Shown here: positions 1-9,635 of the stretch, one piece after another
Layout: the number at the start of each line of letters is the position of its first letter
How positions within the stretch are numbered: position 1 is the first letter of the stretch
Origin: Nannocystis bainbridge
GTDB taxonomy: Bacteria > Myxococcota_A > Polyangia > Nannocystales > Nannocystaceae
Direction of reading: 5' to 3'
DNA: 64,000 nt
Assembly: GCF_028368995.1 (NCBI RefSeq)
Contig: NZ_JAQNDL010000001.1
Coordinates: 4,224,001 to 4,288,000 of the forward strand
Program-made: the position numbers and the translations under genes
The notes under the pieces: model-generated
Databases searched by the model: none
The model's input: the letters and a program-made list of their open reading frames with translations, nothing else
What the model was told of the DNA's origin: nothing

Positions 1-1653
1 GTCTTCCTGCTCTGCTTCGACCGCGACGGCTTCATCTTCCACGCCAACGCGCTGATCGCCGGCCTCTTCTCCAGCACCGTCGACGACCTGATCGGCAAGA
101 GCCTCGGCGACCTCGCGCCCGACTTGCCCGAGCTGGCCGAGGCCTACCTGGCCCGCTTCGCCCAGGTCATGGAGGGCGGCATCGGCGTCTCGGTCGAGGA
201 GATGATCGAGGTCCGCGGCAAGACCGGGTGGTTCTCGTCGACCGTCGTGCCGCTGCGCGACTTCGACGGCCAGGTCACTGGCGTCCAGGTCGTCGCCCGC
301 GACATCACCCGCCGCCGCCGCGCCGAGATCGCCCTGCGCGCCCGCGAGGAGCGCTCGCGTCACGACTCGCTGCACGACCCGCTGACGCGCCTGCCCAACC
401 GCCAGGCCTTCATGGAGAAGCTCGAGACGGCGCTCCAGGCCGTGCGCCAGGGCCGGCCCGCCTTCGCGGTGCTGTGCCTCGACCTCGACCGCTTCAAGAA
501 CGTCAACGACAGCCTCGGCCACTCGACCGGCGATCGCCTGCTGATCTCGTTCGCGCGGCTGTTGCAGGACTGCGTCGGCCCCGACGACCTGCTCGCGCGC
601 CTGTCCGGCGACGAGTTCGGGGTCCTCTTGCCCAACGTCCAGGACGCCAGCGACGCCATCCGCGTCGCCGACCGCATCCTCGCCCAGCTCAAGCGCCCGC
701 TGTCGCTGCGCGATCAAGAGGTCTACACCTCGATCAGCGTCGGCATCACCTGGAGCGCCCTCGGCTACGAGCGCACCGAAGACATCCTGCGCGACGCCGA
801 CACCGCGATGCACCGGGCCAAGCGGCGCGGCAAGAGCCGCTACGAGCTGTTCGACGCCGACATGCACGCCGAGGCCGTCGCCCAGCTGACGCTCGAGAGC
901 GACCTGCGGCGGGCCATCGAGCGCGTCGAGTTCGAGGTCTACTACCAGCCCGTCATCGACCTCGTCAGCGGCCAGATCAGCGGCTTCGAGGCGCTCCTGC
1001 GCTGGAACCACCCGACCCGCGGCCTCGTGCTCCCGGGCGAGTTCATCGGCTGCGCCGAGGAGACCGGCCTCATCATCCCGATCGGCGAGTGGGTCCTGCG
1101 CGAGGCGTGCGGCCAGATGCAGCGCTGGCACGCCAAGTACCCCCACCGCGAGGCGCTGTCGATCAGCGTCAACCTCTCGGGCAAGCAGTTCGCCCAGCCG
1201 GCCCTGATCGCCAAGGCCCTGCACGAGAGCATGCTCGTCCCCTCGAGCCTCAAGCTCGAGATCACCGAGAGCGTGATCATGGAAGATCCGAAGACCGCCT
1301 CCGAGCTGATCGAGCAGCTCCGGCGCGAGCAGGTCCACTCCTACGTCGACGACTTCGGCACCGGCTACTCCTCGCTCAGCTACCTGCACCGCTTCCCGAT
1401 GTCGGCGCTGAAGATCGACCGCTCCTTCATCAGCAACATCGGGCCCGACGGCGAGAACGCGGAGATCGTGCGCACGATCGTCACGCTGGCCCACAACCTC
1501 GGGATGAGCGTCATCGCCGAGGGCGTCGAGACCCGGGCCCAGCTCGACCTCCTGGCCGAGATGGGCTGCGAGTTCGGCCAGGGCTACTTCTTCTCGCGCC
1601 CGGTCTCGCGCGGCGTCGCCGAGTCGATGATCTCGCGCGACTGCAAGCCGTGA
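1..1653 (+). CDS. PAS-GGDEF-EAL diguanylate cyclase/phosphodiesterase (5' truncated by window edge)
   Basis: Frame open from base 1. HDPLTRLPNR, DLDRFK, SGDEF (GGDEF variant), EALLRW, DDFGTGYSSL and AEGVET motifs. Confidence 0.95.
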   Translation, partial: VFLLCFDRDGFIFHANALIAGLFSSTVDDLIGKSLGDLAPDLPELAEAYLARFAQVMEGGIGVSVEEMIEVRGKTGWFSSTVVPLRDFDGQVTGVQVVARDITRRRRAEIALRAREERSRHDSLHDPLTRLPNRQAFMEKLETALQAVRQGRPAFAVLCLDLDRFKNVNDSLGHSTGDRLLISFARLLQDCVGPDDLLARLSGDEFGVLLPNVQDASDAIRVADRILAQLKRPLSLRDQEVYTSISVGITWSALGYERTEDILRDADTAMHRAKRRGKSRYELFDADMHAEAVAQLTLESDLRRAIERVEFEVYYQPVIDLVSGQISGFEALLRWNHPTRGLVLPGEFIGCAEETGLIIPIGEWVLREACGQMQRWHAKYPHREALSISVNLSGKQFAQPALIAKALHESMLVPSSLKLEITESVIMEDPKTASELIEQLRREQVHSYVDDFGTGYSSLSYLHRFPMSALKIDRSFISNIGPDGENAEIVRTIVTLAHNLGMSVIAEGVETRAQLDLLAEMGCEFGQGYFFSRPVSRGVAESMISRDCKP

Positions 1654-1686
1654 GAATCGACCTGTCCTCGCGGACAGGTCACTGCC

Positions 1687-2156
<470 letters not shown>

Positions 2157-2160
<4 letters not shown>

Positions 2161-2771
2161 GCCGCGCCGACTGTAGCGCAAGCCGCGACCGCGCTGTGCA
2201 GCCGCGGCTCGCCCGGGTCGCCCGCCAGCACCTCGGCCTCGTGCAGCGCCAGCGCCTCGAGCCGCGCGGCCAGCTCCTGCTCCGTCACCAGCCCCATCTC
2301 TCGCGCCAGCTCGACGTAGCTGTGGAAGTGTCGCGCCTCACACGCCAGCAGCCCGCGGTACAGCTTCACCAGCCCCGGGTCCTCCAGCGTCTCCGCCAGC
2401 AGCCGCATCCGCTCGCAGCTGCGGGCCTCGATCAGCGCGCAGCACAGCAGCGTGTCGAGCAGCCGCATCGGCTCGTGCGTGCGGGCGGCCGCCATCAACT
2501 TCGCCGCGTACGGGCTCGGCTTCTGGCGGCGGAACTCGAGCCCACGCGCGCGCATCACCGCCACCACCTCCTCGAAGTGGGCCAGCTCCTCGCGCGCCAG
2601 CCGCGACAGCGGCACCACCAGCGCCGGCCGCTCCGGATAGCGGAAGATCAGCGACAACGCCGTCGACGCCGCCTTCTTCTCGCAGTGCGCGTGGTCGAGG
2701 AGGATCTCGGGCAGGTGCTCGCGCGCTCGCGCGGCCCAGCTCTGGTCGGTCGGCGCGGCCAGGTGCAGCAT
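2157..2771 (-). CDS. miaE: tRNA-(ms2io6A)-hydroxylase
   Basis: [28 protein letters not shown] and EARH diiron motifs. Confidence 0.92.
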
Positions 2772-2782
2772 CGGCGACGGCA

Positions 2783-3637
2783 GTGTACCCTGGCGCTCGC
2801 GTGCCTGCCCTGTTTCGCGTCGCGGCTGCCCTCGCGTTCGCCGCTTGCGCCGTCCCCCCGCGCGACATGCCCCCGCAGCCGCCTGCCAGCGCGCCCCCGG
2901 TCGCGCGCTCGCACGGCGCCCCCACCCGGATCCTCGCCGCCCACGCCCAGCTACCGGCCGACGGCGGCCAGCGCGAGTACTTCGGCGTCCCGGTCGGCAC
3001 CCTCCTCTACGTCGTCTTCTCCCGCCCGCTCGACCCCGCCGCCCTGATCCCCGGCCGCTTCGTCGTGCTGGCCCGCGACGGCACCCGCCGCGTCCCGATC
3101 GCCGCCAGCCTCGCCCCCTCCAGCGAGCGCGACGAGCTCCGCGCGCTCGAGCTCGTCATCCCCGCCCCCCAGCGCGAGCTCGTCAGCGTCACCGTCGCCG
3201 GCCAGTTGTTCGACGCCGACGGCCGCGACATCGAAGGCCAGTCCGCCGACGTCGTCCCCGCCGACGCCGCCCCCTGGCCCGTCGCCGCCGAGCTCGTGTC
3301 CGTGGGCACCGACTGCCCCCCCGCCGCGCCCGCCGGCGTGCGCGTGTGGTGGAGCGCCCCGGTGGCCGCGGGTGCCGGCGGCGTCCGTCTCTTGCTCGCC
3401 GACGGCCGCGCCCTCCCGCCGGTCGCCGTCGCCGACGTCGCCTGCGCCCCCGAGCAGCGCCTCGCCGAGCCCGCGCCCGCGTGCGACCCCGAGGACGACA
3501 ACGTCCTCGACTACTGCACCCCTGTCGGCGCCGCGATCGAGCGGATCGAGCTCGACGACGGCGCCGCCCGCGATCGCAGCGGCAGCCTCAGCGCCGCCGG
3601 CTCGCTCCAACTTTCGCACATGTCCTCCGGGACATGA
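2783..3637 (+). CDS. hypothetical lipoprotein
   Basis: Signal peptide with lipobox-like AFAAC; GC3-rich frame; start uncertain. Confidence 0.65.
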   Translation: MYPGARVPALFRVAAALAFAACAVPPRDMPPQPPASAPPVARSHGAPTRILAAHAQLPADGGQREYFGVPVGTLLYVVFSRPLDPAALIPGRFVVLARDGTRRVPIAASLAPSSERDELRALELVIPAPQRELVSVTVAGQLFDADGRDIEGQSADVVPADAAPWPVAAELVSVGTDCPPAAPAGVRVWWSAPVAAGAGGVRLLLADGRALPPVAVADVACAPEQRLAEPAPACDPEDDNVLDYCTPVGAAIERIELDDGAARDRSGSLSAAGSLQLSHMSSGT

Positions 3638-3668
3638 GCTTTACGCCATGACCCGAAGGACACCCACC

Positions 3669-4607
3669 ATGGCGATCGCCCGCATGACGCGGTCGATCTC
3701 CCTGCCGATCATCCTCGCCTCCGTCGCCGTCGCCGTGTGCCTGGCGCTGCTGGTCGGCTGGAGCTACATCGTCCTGCAGAACCCCGAGCTGGTGGCCGAC
3801 CTGCGCGGCAACTGGTGGTTCCTGGCCGCCGGCATCGGCTCGCTGGTGGTGATCATGTTCGTCATCCTCCTCTTCACGGTCTTCCTGATCCGTGAGATCC
3901 GCGAGGTCCGGCGCCAGACCAGCTTCATCGACTCGGTCACCCACGAGCTCAAGAGCCCGCTCGCCGCGCTCAAGCTGTGCCTCGAGACGCTCGCCCGGCC
4001 CGACCTGCCCGGCGCCCAGCACGAGCGGCTGCGGCGGATGATGCACGACGACGTCGAGCGGCTCACCGCCTTCATCGACCGGGTGCTCACCGCCACCCGG
4101 CTCGCCGGCGAGGTCCGGCCCTCGCAGCACCTCACCGACATCTCGCTCGCCGAGCTCGCGCGCCGCTGCGCCGCTGGCGTCACTCGCCGGGCCCACCTCG
4201 CCGACGACGTCGTGCGCGTCGACATCGGCCCCGATCTGCGGATCGTCACCGACGAGGTCGCCCTCGCCGCCGTGCTCGAGAACCTCATCGACAACGCCAT
4301 CAAGTACAGCGGCGACGACGTCGAGGTCGTCGTCAGCGCCGGCCCCGTCGACGCTCGCGGCCAGGTCGCCCTCGAGGTCCGCGACCGCGGGATCGGCATC
4401 CCTCGCACCCACCTGCGCCGCGTCTTCGAGCGCTTCTATCGCGTCCCCGAAGAGGCCGTCCGCGAGCGCCGCGGCACCGGCCTCGGCCTCTACGTCGTCT
4501 CCGCTCTGGTCCGCTCCCTCGGCGGCCGCGCTGAAGCTCTGTCCCCCGGCCCCGGTCAGGGCACCACCCTCCGCATCATCCTCCCCATGCGCCTGCGCTC
4601 GGCCTGA
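3669..4607 (+). CDS. membrane sensor histidine kinase
   Basis: Two TM helices, H-box VTHELKSPL, N-box NLIDNAIKYS, DRGIGI, GTGLGL; AAGGA RBS 8 nt before ATG 3669. Confidence 0.93.
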   Translation: MAIARMTRSISLPIILASVAVAVCLALLVGWSYIVLQNPELVADLRGNWWFLAAGIGSLVVIMFVILLFTVFLIREIREVRRQTSFIDSVTHELKSPLAALKLCLETLARPDLPGAQHERLRRMMHDDVERLTAFIDRVLTATRLAGEVRPSQHLTDISLAELARRCAAGVTRRAHLADDVVRVDIGPDLRIVTDEVALAAVLENLIDNAIKYSGDDVEVVVSAGPVDARGQVALEVRDRGIGIPRTHLRRVFERFYRVPEEAVRERRGTGLGLYVVSALVRSLGGRAEALSPGPGQGTTLRIILPMRLRSA

Positions 4608-4706
4608 ACGTTTTCGGAGCCGAAGGCGCATCATCATGTTTTGCAGCTGCGCGAAGATTTCCGGAGCGCCGCCCGCTCCGCTGAACCATCCTGAGGAGCA
4701 AGCGGA

Positions 4707-5462
4707 TTGACCACCTCTCCCCGCCTCCTCCTCGTCGAGGACGAGCAGCACCTCGCCGCCGGGCTCAAGTTGAACTTCGAGCTCGAGGGCTACGCCGTCG
4801 ACCTCGCCAGCACCGCGCGGCGGGCCGCCGAGCTCCTGCTCGGGGCGCGCTATGACGTCATCGTCCTCGACGTCATGCTCCCCGACACCGACGGCTTCGA
4901 GCTGTGCAAGAAGTTGCGCGACGGCGGCAACTTCAGCCCCGTCCTCATGCTCACCGCGCGCGACGCCACCGACGATCGCGTGCGCGGCCTCGAGGTCGGC
5001 GCCGACGACTACCTCGTCAAGCCGTTCGAGCTCAGCGAGCTGCTCGCCCGGGTGCGCTCGCTGTTGCGCAGGCGCTCGTGGGAGCGCGAGCAACGCGTGC
5101 CGCAGGAGCAACCTCTGCAGGACGCGAGCATCATCATCGTCGCCCCGATTCGCTTCGGCGACGCCGTCATCGACGTCGAGCGCGGCGAGGCGCGCATGGG
5201 CGATCTGGAGGTCAAGCTCACCCGCCTCGAGTTCGACCTCGTGCGCTACTTCGCGAGCAACCCCGGGCGCGTGCTCTCGCGCCAGGAGCTGCAGGAGCAG
5301 GTGTGGAAGCTGGCGAACTACCCCAACACGCGGATGGTCGACAACTTCATCATGCGCCTCCGGCGCCACTTCGAACCCGACCCGGTCAATCCCGTGTATT
5401 TCGTCTCCGTACGTGGAACGGGTTACAAATTCGTCGTCCCGACCGCGGTGACCAAACCGTGA
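4707..5462 (+). CDS. OmpR/PhoB-family response regulator
   Basis: LLVEDE, LDVMLP, MLTA, ADDYLVKPF, C-terminal wHTH with VRGTGYKF. Confidence 0.95.
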   Translation: MTTSPRLLLVEDEQHLAAGLKLNFELEGYAVDLASTARRAAELLLGARYDVIVLDVMLPDTDGFELCKKLRDGGNFSPVLMLTARDATDDRVRGLEVGADDYLVKPFELSELLARVRSLLRRRSWEREQRVPQEQPLQDASIIIVAPIRFGDAVIDVERGEARMGDLEVKLTRLEFDLVRYFASNPGRVLSRQELQEQVWKLANYPNTRMVDNFIMRLRRHFEPDPVNPVYFVSVRGTGYKFVVPTAVTKP

Positions 5463-5521
5463 CACGGATTGACGCCTCGGAGACAGGCGGCGTTCGGGCA
5501 TCTCCGGCACCTTGAGCGGGC

Positions 5522-6469
<948 letters not shown>

Positions 6470-6509
6470 TAATTTTTAGAGTCTGGCCCTCGGGCCAGGT
6501 TTCTCTGAG

Positions 6510-6545
6510 AAGACCCCGAGCGTGTCCGCCCGGGGTCTTTTTGTT
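6510..6545 (+). terminator. rho-independent terminator after desaturase
   Basis: AAGACCCCGAGCG-tgtc-CGCCCGGGGTCTT hairpin followed by a T-run. Confidence 0.8.
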
Positions 6546-6652
6546 GGGTCACCGCGCCATTCTCGACATGTCTCAAGGACAGCGCGACGGCTCCCCATCT
6601 GTCCCGAAGGACATCTACATCTTTCGACCTGTCCCGGGGGCCATCCGCGGTC

Positions 6653-9577
6653 TCACGGCTTGCCGCCGACCGTCAGCTGCACGCTGGCCCCGCGCGCCAG
6701 CCCCAGCGTCAGCGTCGTCTTCTCCGGCGCCCGCGTCAGCGCCCAGAACAGGTAGCTGTTCGGCCCTCGCACGTCTTGCCCATCGACGTTGACGATCTCG
6801 TCGCCCGCCACCACTCCTGCCGACGCTCCCGGCCCGCCCGGTCGCACGTGCGCCACCACCAGCCGCCGCTTCGCCGGCTCGTCGCCGGGCGCCGGCTCGC
6901 GGATCGCGAAGCCCAGGTCACCTCCGGTCTCTCGCGGCGCGACCCGCCGCCGCGCCAAGCGGATCGGCGCCAGCTCCACGGTCGTCGCCGCGGCCGACAG
7001 CGTCACCGGGATCGACGACCCGCCGAACTCGCTGTCCTGGACCATCGGCGACACGCTCACCAGGACCTGCCCGGTGGGCGCGTTGTGGAACTCGAACCGG
7101 CCCTCCGCGTCCGTCACGTTGGCCTTGCCGTCCTGCGCGCTCACCCCGGTCCCCGAGCCCGTCACCGTCACCGTGAGCCCAGGCGCCGGCTTGCCCTCGA
7201 GGTCGACCACCGTCCCGCGCACCGTCACCTTCGGCATCAACTCGATGCGCACGCCGCTGGTCTCCTCGCCAGCCGCGACCTTCACCCGCATCTCCGCGGC
7301 TCCTGCTCCCGCGCTCACCATCACCTTGAGCTCGCCGCCCGGCACCTCGGTGAAGCTCCAGGCCCCGTTCGTGCGGTAGAACTGGTCGGAGCGGCGGAAC
7401 CCCGTCGTCTCGTCGGACAGCCGCACCACGAACTCCTCCGGCGCCCCGCCGCCCGCCAGCACCACCGTCCCTGCCAATCGACTCGCCGGCGCCAGCGTCA
7501 GCGTCACCTCGCTGCCGAGCGCCACGTGCTCGACGATCGCCTCCCCGCCGCCGCGACGATGCGCCCGCAGCGTGTGCTTGCCTTCGTTCAGGTCCGTCAG
7601 CGTGAACCGTCCCTCGGCGTCGGTGAGGTTCGGCCGCTTGCCGAGGGTCCACCGCGTGTCGCGCGAGCCGTTGCCCTCCGCCGCCGAAGCGCTGTCCGAC
7701 TCGCGCGCCGCCTCGACGAACGCGTCGCTCACCACCGCCCCGTGTTCGTCGCGCACCACCCCCGAGATCTGCCCCGAAACGGTCGCCACCACCAGGTTCA
7801 CCGTCGTCACCGCGTCGGCCCGCACCTCGATCTTCTCACCCTGAAGGTCGTCGTCGCTGGTCCCCGGCGCTCGCAGCCTCTCCCAGTTCTTCTCCGCCTG
7901 GATTCGGTACTCGCCGACGCCCACGTTCTCGATGCGGAAGGTCCCGTCGTCCGCCACCACCCCGCCGATCCCCTGAGCCCCGCTCAGCCCCACCGACGCC
8001 CCGCGCACCGGCTGCCCCTTCGCGTCACGCACCGACCCGCGCACCTCTCCGACCGTCGGCAGCTCGATCCGCAGGCCCTCGAGATCCTGTCCCTTCGGCA
8101 AGGTTACTTCCATCGGCTTCGGCGTTGCGCGCGGCGGATCCCACGCCGACACCTGCACACCATAGGGCCCCGGGAGCAACCCCGTCACCTCGAAGCGCCC
8201 GCTCGTGTCGGTGCGAGCGTTCCACGACCGCGACTGCTGCGCGTGCGGTCGCGACGGATCTGGCCGCGGGTTGGCCCCCACCATCAGCTTCGCCACCGGC
8301 CGTCCGCCGGCGTCGACCACGGTCCCGCGGATCGCCTGCCCGCGCGTCACCTTCCACGCGATCCCGGACACGCTGCGGCCGTCCACCTTCACCTTTTCGT
8401 ACATGTCCTCCGAGACATGTCCTTCGCACCGCACCTCGACCTTGTACTCGCCCGGTCGCATCCCCCGCAGCCGCACCACCCCGTCCGCCTCGATGACTCC
8501 GCGCACCTGGCGAGCGCCCGCCCCGTCGCGCAGCTCCACCCATCCGACGTCGCAGCTGCTGCCGCCCTCGATCGCCACCTTCCCCTCGACGAAGAACGCC
8601 GGGTGCGCCGTGATCACCACCGGCTCCGAAGTCTCTCCGAGCCCCAGCATCACCTGCTCCTCCGCCAGCCCGTAGAGCTCGTCGGACTCCGCGCTCGGCT
8701 TGTAGGCCCCCGGTGACAGCCGATCGAGCCGGAACTGCCCCTGCGCGTCGGTCAGCGTCCAGCTCTCCCCGGCCGCCACGCGCACGTCCGCCAACGGCTC
8801 CCCGCTGCCCGCGCGCACCACCTTGCCGACCAGCACCGCCTCGGGCGTCAGGAAGATCTCGAAGAAGTGCCCCGGCGCCACGCCCCTGTCGTTGTTCGTC
8901 ACGTAACCCTCGGCGGAGCCTGCCAGCCCGAGCCCGCCCGGTCGCACCCACATCGAGAACTCGCCCTCGGGGCCCGTGAACGTCGACGACTGTCGGTGCC
9001 CTGCCACCCTCGCGCCCTCGATCGGTCCGCCGCTCAGGTCTCGCACCACCCCGCGCACCTCGACCCCGCCCTCCTCGAGCGCGATGTCGACGCCCAGCAG
9101 CTCCAGCCCCGGCCGCAGCTCGACCCACTCCCGCCGGCTCGCGCCTTCTCCGTGCGCATGCAACGTCGGGATGAACCCCGGCGCCGTCGCCACCACCTCG
9201 TGACGCAGACCGAACAGCCCCTCGATCCGGTAGTGCCCGTCGCGCTCGCTCGTCGCGCAGGTCAACTGGAACCGCTCCTCCGCCGTCAGCCGCTGGGAGT
9301 CCGTCGTCGCGCACACCCGCGCCCCCGCGACCGGCGAGCCCTTCACGTCGCGCACGAACCCCGCGACCGACGCTCGAGCTCCCAGCCGCGGATCGAAGGC
9401 CGGCAGCGACGGCTCCCCTTGACCACTCGACAGCCCTGCCTGCACCGGCGCCTCTGCGCGCCCGCCCGTCGTCGGCGCCGGCAGCTCGCTGCCCTCGCCC
9501 AGCCACCACAGCAACAGCCCGATCGCTCCCAGAACCACACCCGCGACGATCTCCCTGCGCATCGACTCCGTCCTCAC
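6653..9577 (-). CDS. membrane-anchored protein with multiple carboxypeptidase-regulatory-like beta-sandwich repeats and C-terminal PDZ (paralog 2)
   Basis: N-terminal TM; repeated GxVxDxxGxPvxGAxV...TDxxGxF; PDZ-like VRPGGPGASAGVVAGDEIVNVDG. Start may be ATG 9562. Confidence 0.85.
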   Translation of the reverse strand: MRTESMRREIVAGVVLGAIGLLLWWLGEGSELPAPTTGGRAEAPVQAGLSSGQGEPSLPAFDPRLGARASVAGFVRDVKGSPVAGARVCATTDSQRLTAEERFQLTCATSERDGHYRIEGLFGLRHEVVATAPGFIPTLHAHGEGASRREWVELRPGLELLGVDIALEEGGVEVRGVVRDLSGGPIEGARVAGHRQSSTFTGPEGEFSMWVRPGGLGLAGSAEGYVTNNDRGVAPGHFFEIFLTPEAVLVGKVVRAGSGEPLADVRVAAGESWTLTDAQGQFRLDRLSPGAYKPSAESDELYGLAEEQVMLGLGETSEPVVITAHPAFFVEGKVAIEGGSSCDVGWVELRDGAGARQVRGVIEADGVVRLRGMRPGEYKVEVRCEGHVSEDMYEKVKVDGRSVSGIAWKVTRGQAIRGTVVDAGGRPVAKLMVGANPRPDPSRPHAQQSRSWNARTDTSGRFEVTGLLPGPYGVQVSAWDPPRATPKPMEVTLPKGQDLEGLRIELPTVGEVRGSVRDAKGQPVRGASVGLSGAQGIGGVVADDGTFRIENVGVGEYRIQAEKNWERLRAPGTSDDDLQGEKIEVRADAVTTVNLVVATVSGQISGVVRDEHGAVVSDAFVEAARESDSASAAEGNGSRDTRWTLGKRPNLTDAEGRFTLTDLNEGKHTLRAHRRGGGEAIVEHVALGSEVTLTLAPASRLAGTVVLAGGGAPEEFVVRLSDETTGFRRSDQFYRTNGAWSFTEVPGGELKVMVSAGAGAAEMRVKVAAGEETSGVRIELMPKVTVRGTVVDLEGKPAPGLTVTVTGSGTGVSAQDGKANVTDAEGRFEFHNAPTGQVLVSVSPMVQDSEFGGSSIPVTLSAAATTVELAPIRLARRRVAPRETGGDLGFAIREPAPGDEPAKRRLVVAHVRPGGPGASAGVVAGDEIVNVDGQDVRGPNSYLFWALTRAPEKTTLTLGLARGASVQLTVGGKP

Positions 9578-9635
9578 GCATCAACCTGGTCTTTGGGACA
9601 CCCGTGTCGACCTGTCCCTCGAGACATTTGATTCC